64,000 nt of DNA from Octopus vulgaris (taxonomy: Eukaryota): NCBI GenBank assembly GCA_951406725.2, contig OX597815.1:40114001-40178000 (forward strand), in the 5' to 3' direction. The notes beneath the pieces are model-generated. The model searched no databases. It was not told the origin of the DNA and saw only the letters and a program-made list of their open reading frames with translations. Shown piece after piece: positions 13,047 to 24,520 of this stretch; the first letter of the stretch is position 1; every line of letters starts with the position of its first letter. The position numbers and the translations under genes are program-made.

Positions 13047-15309
13047 ATAAAATCTTCTTTGTATCTGTCAGGAATCATGACCATTTTCAAAGACGCAGTG
13101 GTTGGTAGGAGGGGGGAAATTCTTTTCCAATCGGAGACCCGGCTCGGATACTTAGCAGAGTTGATAGAGCTAAAGATATTTAAATACCCGATGGTAGTGT
13201 TAAACCAAGCGACATCAATATTTGAGTGATCTGTTTTCCTTTAAAATGAGCAGTATTTTTTAAATGATTAGTTAATTTTTATATAGTGTTTTAGCTCTTA
13301 AGCTATTTCATTATTAATCGATGAAATCATTGTAGATATTTCAACCTCTTCAGTCATCTATAGTTGATCATTTTTTTTCTTTTATAATTACTATTTATGG
13401 TTTTATTTGTGTTATATCACCATGTGTTGTGCAATTTCATTGGAGATGACAAGTGAGTGTTCGTAACTTGGTGAGAAATAAATATCGCAAAGGTCTTTGT
13501 TTAAAGAGTACTGAATTCTGTTTTACTTTCTCTCTATGTTCACATCCTTCGCCAATATACATCGCCAAAATACACACACACACACACACGCACACAAACG
13601 CTTGCATAGAGAAATATAAATGGGCCAACCACTGTAGTGAGAGGTCGTCATTCACATGACGAATTGTGTTGTAATATAGCCCCCGCAAATTAGGTCTAGA
13701 AATTACAGGGGAATACCAGTTATACGTAGCCCATTAGCCCGTTTAGACCGAATACACACAAAGTATTACTGATTCTAAATCAAAACTATATCAATGGAAA
13801 TTTCCCTTGTATATTTGAATTAGAATTGCTTTTGGCTTGGCAAAGAAAGAAAATTGATTTAAAATATTAAAAATGTTTTCTCCTATCGCTAAAACTATGT
13901 GTGACTCTTCTTAATTTTTTTCTCTTTCTTATCTTTATTATTTAAAATAAAGACATTTATTTGGGTAATATACTATAATTAATTAATTCAATAATTACTT
14001 TTCCATCACTCCATACTGAAGATGTACAAAATACAGAAACGAGCATGTCCATGGATTTTATAATTATTTAATCTAATATCTATGGTCCCATGTTGAAGAC
14101 GTACAAGATTCAAAAGCAGGCATTTCCAGTGGGAAATATTAAACATCAAACATATAAACAGTATAATATTGAATAACTTACTAATAATAACTTTAAGGAA
14201 AAAAAAAACAAAATGGAAAAAATGCTATCATAAATTAATATAATTTTCCCTTCAAAGCAGTATATAACCGTTGTAAATGAAAATATCAAATGTATATAGA
14301 AGTAAAGGGAAAAACCTGCTATACTTAATTTTGCAATAACGGACGCATTTTTTTTTCATTTTTCATTTTATCTAGTTTCAGCTCACGATCTGTGGCCATG
14401 CTGGAGCACCGCCATTCACGCCATTTAAACTATTTATGTTAACTTGTAATTTGAATTACGTGAAATTTGGTGATTTGTCATCGATTTTAATTTTTATGTA
14501 TGAGAGGCCCACCGAACTTGAAGAGCCTCGGGCTCCACAAGGTTTAAATTCGGCCTTGCTTGTAGATTCAACATGGAGTAAAGGAACAGTAATTATTAAA
14601 TTATTATAGTATATTATCCATGTAAAATTCTTCATTTTAGATCAAAAAGATAAGAAGACAAAATTATGTGCCATATATGGTTTTACAGATAGAGAGAAAT
14701 AATTTTACAGGGGTCGGTGGAACTGATACCAGTAAATCTCTAAAATATCTATTGGAAAAAAAGAGAAGGACAGATTAGACAAAAGGAGTCTTAGATACGT
14801 TTATAAAATTAAGATGGCCACAGTAGAAATACTTTTAATAACCGGTCTGCTAGGTCATGCTTCACTTGGGTATAAACAATGACGACAAAATATAACTTGA
14901 CCTGATAAAAATAGACAATAATGTCACTCAGCTCGGCAAGCATTGTTATGTCGAGATAACTCTCAAATATCATTAAATTTCTATCATTTTATCTCGTTTC
15001 TTTATAATGTAAACTGAAGGCTCCAAAAAAAGTGCGCCCATCTTTGCTTTACAATGTTCGCAGCTCACTGTTTATATTTTGATCATTCATTAGATGATGC
15101 AATATGCTTGCCAACTTTTCTTTTACTTCTAATATGATTGACACATTCGACAGCAAAGCTATTATGATATTTTGTTTGTGATTCGTATTAAACAAACTAT
15201 TAAAAAATGCATTTACTATTGCAACCGAACAAAGCATCTACAATGTTTTTTCTCTTTTGAAATATACAATACGAAGGAAAATATTAAAAGAGTTTTATGT
15301 TTATTTCAG

Positions 15310-15435
15310 TTGCAGTCGTAGTTGCCTTTTTCTTTTGTTGGGCTCCATTTCACATCCAGCGTCTTCTCACTCTTTATGTCAGTAACTGGACGCCACCTTT
15401 ATTACAAATACATTTACATTTATTTTATATATCGG
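15310..15435 (+). CDS. Internal exon (TM6-ECL3) of a neuromedin U/pyrokinin/CAPA-type class A GPCR
   Basis: ttatttcAG acceptor, G|GTAAGT donor, phase 1-1, 126 bp; encodes (x)AVVVAFFFCWAPFHIQRLLTLYVSNWTPPLLQIHLHLFYIS(G), with CWxP and the WAPFHxQRL signature of PRXamide/NMU receptors. Confidence 0.93.
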
Positions 15436-15649
15436 GTAAGTAGCTCTCTTTTCAGACAGCATATCAATTATCTTTATCATAAAGCGAAATAAATTGAGAA
15501 ATTTGTTTATCTGTTTCCTTTTATATAAAAGCAGAAATTTTGAGAAGTCAGAGATGGTAAAGAACATTATCTAAGTAGTTAGTTTAAAATTAACAGACCA
15601 TTGACTTCATTTATATACTTTTTGTTTTGTTTTATTGTACTGATATTTA

Positions 15650-17600
15650 AGTTTTTAGAAACCGTGCTTAAGTTTAATAGAGAGTTAGAAGTTGATCAGG
15701 CTTTTCATATTTTCTGGTTTTGTAGAAGATTTAACCATTGGTATGTAGCTTTGGCTATGTTATCTATGTATGTCATGATGTGAGAGCAAACGGTTTCACA
15801 TGATGTCTGACATTTCGAAACCTGGGAACTAATAATTTGGACGCTTTATTTAAGTATTGTTCACGTGTAGATTAGGTGTGTGTTGTACAAGACTGTTTCC
15901 TTATATGTTTTGTAATCGATGCTGTTGAATGATGTTATGTTCTCATTGGAAAACGACATAAAGTTACTGTTCATGCGAGTTTCAGTTCGTGCGAAGAGAT
16001 GTTTAGATTGCATGTAGATGATGCGTGTTTTTTTAAGCTTGACGGGGGGAATGACGGGTGTTAGAAGATAATGAGTATGGAATACTCATATTATCTCATT
16101 GATGTCAATCTCATTGAATATTCATTGATGCTAATGGCAATAGCATTATTTTCATCGACCTTTTGAATTGCGAAAGATTGCTAATTTATGAATTAGAAGA
16201 GCAAGTATTTGATAGATTTGGTTCAATGAAGGCCACACTATTTTCACATATAAGTGAGAGAAAGACTGGAAGAGATAAAGGTGATGATTTATATATGTTT
16301 CTATCGCTCTTTGAGATACTGGAATGAGAGGCAATGAGCGGTAGTTGAGAAATTGTATGATGTTTTTATGCAATACGATTTGATCCTAGTAAAGAGAGGA
16401 AGGTTGAAGCTTGATAAAGATTGAGGAGCTCAATGTATAATTCTAAGGACTAGTCACCTTGTGTGATCATAGTGAACGGAAAGTTTTGTGCATTAGGGAG
16501 CCTGCTTGTCTGTAATGAGAAGAAAGATAAATTTAAAGAGGAAGGTTCATAAGCAGTTTTGTTTTGTATATGCAGTGTACAATTGAAAACAAAAGCTGCA
16601 ACGAATATCATTGTCTTGTCTGCAATGAGTACTACACACAAGAGGGTGGCTGAAGAGGATTTACCAATGCTGTTAGGTTTCGAAGGGTTTATAGTTCGTG
16701 CAATCCAAGAAGACACCCTTTGCTTTCCTGGTGGCGGCCTCCCAAACATTGAAAATATAAGTAAACGCTTCCGAGTTATTGACTGTTTTATTTTCTCTAA
16801 GTTTACTTGACAGTACTCTTCGTCTGTACCACTACATAGTATATAGAGGATGTCACTTGTTGATTTAGGCTGTGGGAAGATTGAAGAGGGACATGAAAAC
16901 ATAGATGATATCAGTCCTTTGTTTATCTATCTCAAATGACTCGGGAGGAAGATTTACTGCCAAAAATAGTCCTGGTAGAACTGGTAGAGCTGAGTTGATA
17001 AATGTTCGGAGACTGAGTTTGTTATACGAGTGACCTATACAACCTGGATTATTTTGCTGAGACAATGATCAGGTAATCCTTTAGGAACAGGATAAATGTT
17101 GGAGTTAAAGAGTGAGGAAGAGATTAAGAGTATTTACAAACTAAGTATATCAGACAAGGATACGAGTTAGTGAATAGGTTCACAAGCACAGGTAGTTTAA
17201 AATCACGAATGTTCGGCCTCTTCTCCTACAATCTTGTTGAGGAAGGGACACGAACGCATTGATGTCTCCAAGCATGATATACTTTCGGAAAGAAATGAGT
17301 TGGGTTAAATGTATTCATTACCGAACATGTGATAATCGGGTACCTAATGATGATTTGAGAATCTGAAAAATGGAAGAGAAAACAAAGTTAACTAGTGTGA
17401 CGAAAAGAAAATAGAGCCTAAGTAACAGGATATCTTTATTGCTGTGTCTAGATGGGTGTTAGAGAAAGTGAGTTTTACGTAAGTACAGACAACACGTTTT
17501 AGAAAAAAGATGAACTATAGAATAGAATGTAACCTGAACAGTAGAGTTGGTTTAGAACTAGAATATGGGTTTTTTTAATATCTCAGGAAAGAGCAAAAAA
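15650..17600 (-). mobile_element. Heavily decayed CR1-clade LINE ORF2, intronic and antisense
   Basis: NYRSLPLIPVSQRAIETYINHHL resembles the RT domain-1 NYRPISL motif; PKGLPDHCLS resembles the APE SDH motif; boundaries approximate. Confidence 0.65.
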
Positions 17601-17950
17601 TTTACTTATCAGCAGGAGGTGTTGTGTTCAATCAACTATGGATACAGAGTGGGGATAGGAAGTAAGCGTTTCTCAGCATATCGTATCTCGTACTTTATCG
17701 TAGAATATAGCATGGTTGTAACGTAAAATAAACGTTTAGTGAAGGATAAGAATGAGTAAACTACAGCTTATGACTTGGATGGTAAATTAAAGCATTATTT
17801 TCCAACAATGTCAATAATATTAGATATCTTCCGAGATGAAAAATGCTTTCGTCTAAAGCGTTTCAGGATTTGCTCGCAGTTATTCTTGAATATTAGTGTC
17901 AAAAATAATACTTTTAGTCTTGGGATTAGTCTTCAATATTTGCATCTAGA

Positions 17951-18575
17951 AAGGCGGCGAGCAGGCAGAAACGTTAACACTCCGGGCGAAATGCTTAGAG
18001 GTATTTCGTCTGCCGTTACGTTCTGAGTTCAGATTCCGCCGAGGTCGACTTTGCCTTTCATCCTATCGGGGTCGATAAATTAAGTACCAGTTACGCACTA
18101 GGGTCGATTTAATCGACTTAATCCGTTTGTCTGTCCTTGTTTGTCCCCTCTATGTTTAGCCCCTTGTGGGCAGTAAAGAAATAAGAAACGTTAGCGCGCC
18201 AGGCGAAATGCATGACGGTATTTCGTCTGCCGCTACATTCTGAGTTCAAATTCTGCCGAGGTCGACTTTGCCTTTCATCCTTTCGGGGTCGATTAAATAA
18301 GTACTAGTTACGCACTGGGGTCGATTAAATAAGTACTAGTTACGCACTGGGGTCGATATAATCGACTTAATCCGTTTGTCTGTTCTTGTTTGTCCTCTCT
18401 GTGTTTAGCCCCTTGTGGGTAGTAAAGAAATGGGTATTTCGTCTGTCTTTACGTTCTGAGTTCGAATTCCGTCGAGGTCGATTTTGCTTTTCCTCCTTTC
18501 GTACTGCGGTCGATCTAATTGACTGAACCCCTCTCCCAAAACTTTCGGGCCTTGTGCCCTAGAGTAGAAAAGAAT
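17951..18575 (+). mobile_element. Trimeric family A SINE array
   Basis: Three head-to-tail units; internal ~34-bp tandem duplication near 18285-18355. Confidence 0.88.
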
Positions 18576-18734
18576 ACTTGCATTTAGAAAAATAAGTGAC
18601 TTGCAAACACGCTCCATCGCTGGAAAAATGCTTTGCCTTATTTTGTTCCATCTGTCAACGTTCTGAGTTCAAATCTTATCAACGTTAACCTATATTTTTT
18701 TCTTTAGATAAATAAAATAGGTGGCAGTTAATAT

Positions 18735-18940
18735 TGGTTTCAAATTTTGGCACAAGGCCAGCAATTTCGGGGGAGTGCTAAGTCGATTACATCGACCCCA
18801 GTACGCAACATTTTATCGACCCCGAAAGGATGAAAGGTAAAGTCGACCCCAGTGGCATTTGGACCCGGAACATGAAGACAGGCGAAATGCCGCTAAACAT
18901 TTTGCCCGGCGTACTAACGAGTCTGCCAGTTCACCTCCTT
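18735..18940 (-). mobile_element. Family A SINE with 15-bp TSD
   Basis: TSD GGTGGCAGTTAATAT at 18720-18734 and 18941-18955. Confidence 0.88.
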
Positions 18941-19594
18941 GGTGGCAGTTAATATCAGGATCAGTGCAATCAAGCCTTCCTCTGCCTCAAATTTGTAATT
19001 TGTGTTTATGTCATGAATCCATAGAGGACAGTGAATAATACAAACATTGGATCGGCATTTCAATTTTTTTTGCAATGTTTGGCTATACTTCTTTAAGTTC
19101 CGAGTTCAAATCCCACCGAGATTACCTTTTTGTCTTTCATTCGTCCTAGTCCATAACTATAAAATGGCAAATAGCAGTCGTTTAAATTTACTATACTATT
19201 CCCTTAATGTAATAAATCAATATTTCTAAGATTTGTGGTTGACGAATAACCTTGAGCAGCATAAGTAGGTTCACTAATTAATTACGTTTCTCCTTATGAA
19301 TGCAAATCTTGCCTGTTTGACTTTTAATTTTGTCCTTCCGATGTTGGTAAAATAAGCACAAAAAATTTTACTAGAATCGATTGATGTTGAGTTTAGATCT
19401 TTACAATTTTAAGAATTAATATTTTCTCCAAGAAATGTAACAGTAACTAAGAATTCCTTTGTGTATATATATCAAGAGCCAGATTTTTCAAGCTTTTTAT
19501 TTCTTTGTCTCAAAATATTTATTTCCTTTTCTTTATACTATTTATTTGTTAATTAGTTATTAATTCAAAAATCTCTTTTTTTCTTCCACTACAG

Positions 19595-19749
19595 GGATCC
19601 TGTATTTTTCCCATTCGGCTATCAACCCAATCCTGTATAATATAATGTCAGAGAAATATAAGTCTGCATTCTTACAAACATTTTGTTGTCGTCGGTGCAA
19701 GGATGTTCAGCACAGAGTCAATTCTGTAGTTACACAGCATACCGGTTAG
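19595..19749 (+). CDS. Terminal coding exon (TM7, helix 8, C-tail) of the same GPCR
   Basis: Polypyrimidine tract plus cAG acceptor; splices in phase to the previous exon (G+GG=Gly); encodes ILYFSHSAINPILYNIMSEKYKSAFLQTFCCRRCKDVQHRVNSVVTQHTG*, with NPxxY and post-helix-8 cysteines. Confidence 0.93.
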
Positions 19750-19944
19750 CAACAACCGAACGAATATCCACTAAGTAAAAAGAGAAATATGACTGTAGAC
19801 GAATCTACAGTATAACCGAAATTGTTATGGTAATTATTTAAAAAGATAGTCATTAAAAGCTGAGATATCGTTCCCTTTATATCAAGAGCAATATTGTAAT
19901 AGGTTACATTTTCAAATCTAAAATACTCAGCGTATAGTATAATT

Positions 19945-20363
19945 GGATCTTTTCGGTTTGAACGGCAGTTCTTAGCATAATTTCTAGGTAACTAAAAAAT
20001 GTTAAGCTTCGTATACTGGTAGAATGTGTTTATAAAACATCTTTTTCTCTTGGCTTTTATTGAGAAAATTCTATAGTTTGTAAGATATTTGTTGCTTTTT
20101 TTTTCTTCTTCAATTTCTGCAATTTCAACCAATCAGTGACGTCTATTGAGTTAAAAAGCATTCTGTGCCGTATGAATATGTCCCTCGTTTAAGAAACAGA
20201 TTGGGTTTATTTACATTTGTGAAGAAAAAAAGATACCCTTCCCCTAGCCCTAACCCTAACTAACCCTAACCCTAAAAGAGATTGAAATGTAATAGATCGA
20301 TTCTAGGGTCATAATTATGGGTGACACCGCTAGAAAAAACTGCCGTTCAAACCGAAAAGATCC
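19945..20363. mobile_element. Second copy of the TTAGGG-containing MITE, opposite orientation
   Basis: Same TIRs as 11381-11824; TSD GTATAATT/GTAAAATT (7/8); CCCTAA repeats near 20245-20275. Confidence 0.92.
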
Positions 20364-21199
20364 GTAAAATTTTCATCCTCTAATAAGAAAAGTAATTGAT
20401 AAATATATGTTGCAGTATAATGTGGTATCACATCACAACAATATAGAGCAGTTACAGAGGTGTATCTATATAACTTAACTTTATAAAGTAAGTATTGAGA
20501 TTTCAAAAAAGTTTATTTTCATATTACAAAGCTCTGTCAGTTCTACGTGTTACTTTTAACCAGGAATATAGAACATATTTTGTTTTTAGGTTGTTCTCAT
20601 TGTGCTAAGCTAATAAGATATAAACCATATAGTTGAGTAGAACCCGTCTATCTATTCTGATATCTAAGGGGACTTTGAATAACGTGTATAACTCAAATGC
20701 GTAGTGAAACATTATGAGCTCGTAGTCTGTTTCACAGTTACGAAACTTCAAACGAAAGGGTAACATTTTACTTACTAGAAACAACATTAACTTCCTAATA
20801 GATGTTTTTTTTTAAAAAAAAAAGGAAATGTGAAACCTGTTCACAAACAACAATTCAAATTACTCTACCATTCACGATCAAATTTTAACAAATGGAAGTC
20901 ACGCCAGAACAGCTTGATTTAAAATTACAAGCAGAAAGGAGAAAAGTCTCTGATAGGATAAGAATATATCGATGAGGTAGTAATTTTTTTACAGGATGAT
21001 CTCTTAGCAATGGTAAATTATTGATAAAAATATCGGTAGTTTTTTGTTTTTTTTTTAGGGAAAACTCTATTTACCCATACTAAATGTTCATTACTACTAA
21101 AGTATAGTACATCTAATATACAGACTCCTGGTTAATTTTTATGGCTCATTATCACATCACTTATTGTTAGTACTCCTATTTACATTAAGCTTCGTGTAT

Positions 21200-21830
21200 G
21201 TTTCTAATTTGCAGCAGTACTCATATAAAGCATCCCTGAATTGTAGTATCATTGGGTTTAAAGTTATTTAGTTGAATGAAACCAGTCGGCTCTGAGGGAC
21301 GAAGACTACTGTAGAAGCGGTAGAAAAGGTAACTGAAGAGACAACAGGTATGTTCTTCAGGAGTTAGTATTTGGTGGTTGGCGACTTCGTGCCAATCCGT
21401 TGGATGGATGACGGAAGTGATCTAGGATATCTGCATTTGCAGTACCACCCCAAATGTTGGAATAATATTCAATGTGCATCTCAAGTTATGTAATGGGTTG
21501 GTAACTGTTGGCAGCTGAACTGCCTTCTGATCCTGAGAGGAAGGCCAGTTTTTGAGATATATTTCTTACTGGATCTGGAAAAAGGAACCGTGCCTATGAA
21601 CTGTACAGGATCTCCGATATCGGTGAACTTAATGCTGTTGATGTTGTTTAAAATGCTGTAGATCAACACCAAAAAGACGTACATGAACCGAGAAGAGACT
21701 CTAGGGAATCTGTTGTAGTCTGGTATTCTGTTGTATTGGGGCTGTGAAAACCCCAGAGAAGCTCTCAATGCGATGGCAATTATTCGGGTTGGCACTAACT
21801 TTAATTGAAACAGAATCGTGGTGTGAGCCT
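21200..21830 (-). mobile_element. Decayed CR1-clade LINE 3' region
   Basis: Mosaic frames give LRIRRQFSCQQL, EYYSNIWGGTA and LFYRFYSSL, resembling the EYCSxxW and LFYRYY C-terminal motifs. Confidence 0.6.
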
Positions 21831-22735
21831 TTGTATTATGGCTAGACCTTTAGAAATATTTGAACTCGTCAGTGCAAGCTATCGACATTATTATTTTATG
21901 CCCTAGCATCTGTCCAACTTAGTATAATGTCTGCTGATTTATTTTTATAATTGATGCAACCGAGATGTTCCAATTGAGGTGGCGGAATCTGAACTCAGAA
22001 CACAAAGAGCTGAAAACAAATACCACAAAATATGTCATGTGACTCTTTAACAATTCCCCAAACCACTACCCTAGATTGGTAACTAGATTTGTCGACCCCG
22101 ATCAAAGTCGATATCGGTGATATTTGAAATCAGGGCACAGAGATCTGGAACAATAACTGCAAGACATTCTACCCGATCCTCTAACGACTTGGCTAATTCG
22201 CTTAACGAAACTTATTTTTTTATTAATACAGTATCAATACTGTTTACTTACCTGCTGGTGATTGCTTACAGGAAGATAAAATTGAGTCTGGAAGACTTCA
22301 GTGCATTATCCATGGACACACAAGACATATTCGGTAACGAAAAATGAACTACCAACACTTTAGCTCTGCCTCCGTTAATTACTAAACAACACAGATATTA
22401 AATAAGACCTCAAAGAAGTCGTTCGATTTGCATAAAAAAATCAGTCAAATCTTTCTCAAAACATACCAACCTGTTTGAAACAAGGAAGTACATACTGGAT
22501 AATGCAGACCAAGATATACTGTCTAAAAATATGACGAATGGTCATGGCTGGAACACTGTTAAGTATGTATCAGGTCGATGAGAGTTGAGCTGGAGTTGAA
22601 CATCAACCACAGCTAAAATATATACGAGCTTATGACGTAGCCAGCCTTTAAATGTTCGGCTGACCTGCTGATAATAGCGTCTTAGAAAATAAAGAACAAT
22701 GGTTAATATAGCTCTGAGCTCATGTGTCTTGAAGC

Positions 22736-22779
<44 letters not shown>

Positions 22780-23050
22780 CAATGTTTGTTTTCGTTCTGT
22801 TTTTGTTCCCAACATTGACCCTCCATAAATCCCAAATTATATTTTGGTACTTATGTGAGTAACTGTCTTCGAAGACTCATATTATCGTTGAATGCTCGAA
22901 ATGAGGAGTAGATAGATAGCTGACAACTGATGAAGGGTCGTTTTTTGTGTTACTTGTCCTGTTTTCCATTTGTTTCTCTCGTTGTTTGCGTATTGAACTC
23001 ATTTGTTTTCGAATTTCATGTTGTTTATTGTTGGTGACGTCCTGTGCATA

Positions 23051-23115
<65 letters not shown>

Positions 23116-23359
23116 ATGTATGTATGTATGTATGTATGTATGGTTGTAAGTATATATGTATGTACATATATGCTGCATATATATATTATTCATATTATTT
23201 GATTGAACACCACGCATCCATTTCCAAATATATATATGTGAGTGTGTGTGTGTGTGTTTCCAATTTAAATTCAGACAGGGGTGTTTTCAACAGTGCTACC
23301 CTATATTACGACGACTAATAAGAAATGGCTTATTAAAGAACTATCCTACTCCCCATTTC

Positions 23360-23390
<31 letters not shown>

Positions 23391-23694
23391 CATACATACA
23401 TACATACATACATACATACATACATACATACCTGATTACTACCTCCCACTTTGAAGAGTATGCGTTTGCAATCCATTAACAGGAAATATCAACCAAATAC
23501 CTGATGTATAAAAGGGACAGAGATGCAGGAAAAGCAGTAAAATGTGACAACCGATGCAGACTCAGAGGAGTTAACTCTTATGTGAATAGACGCACATATT
23601 TGGGTGTATGCATCGACAGTTCATGCAACACACAAATTCAACCACGTATTTACAAACACCATGAACTCAAAGAAAAATTGTACATACATACATA

Positions 23695-23922
23695 CTTCTT
23701 TACTACCCACAAGGGGCTAAACACAGAGGGGACAAACAAGGACAGACAAACGGATTAAGTCGATTACATCGATCCCAGTGCGTAACTGGTACTTAATTTA
23801 TCGACCCCGAAAGGATGAAAGGCAAAGTCGACCTCGGCGGAATTTGAACTCAGAACGTAACGGCAGACTAAATACTGCTACGCATTTCGACCGGCGTGCT
23901 AACGTTTCTGCCAACTCGCCGC
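23695..23922 (-). mobile_element. Family A SINE
   Basis: Near-consensus full-length copy. Confidence 0.9.
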
Positions 23923-23984
23923 TACATACATATAAATACACACACACACACACACACAATAAGAGCTGAAAGGGACGAAGAAAA

Positions 23985-24520
23985 TAAATTTATTCCATCC
24001 ACTATTTAACAACCAGCATAGACAGAAGCTTCCTATCTCTAGTTAGATTCTGTTTCCACAAACTTTCCAATGTGAGTAATGTAGCTTTTCTTGTCTGGAC
24101 AACATACTTCCAAGAGTTCACACAATAATTTTTTATATACATCCTGATACTCCTATCGTAACAACCAATGGTAACTTCAGAAATTATTCTAAGTAGAAAT
24201 TATTCAATGTATTCCCTGTGGAGCAACTATGACATCTGCACATTGTATGGATAAGAATTACACATAATTCGTAGTAACACCTTTAAAAACCAGTATAACT
24301 AATATATACTTGTATTTAGGCCAGCGACAAACAGAACTTCACTTCTGAGACGATTTGTTTGGAAAGGAACCGCGGAACTGAGCGTTCTTCCATTATGGAC
24401 AGAGCTATCCCACATACTAACAAGGCTAACCTTCCCAATACACAACTAGTTTTAAATTATGTATAATTGAGAAGCTGCAAATCCTGAAACACTCTAGACC
24501 ATCGCTGAACAGAAGATTCC
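23985..24520 (+). mobile_element. Penelope-like element remnant (GIY-YIG region)
   Basis: Decayed FHPLFN, SNTFKNQYN, RRFVWK and LCIIEKLQILKHSRPSLNRR, parallel to the remnant at 7565-8130. Confidence 0.6.
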
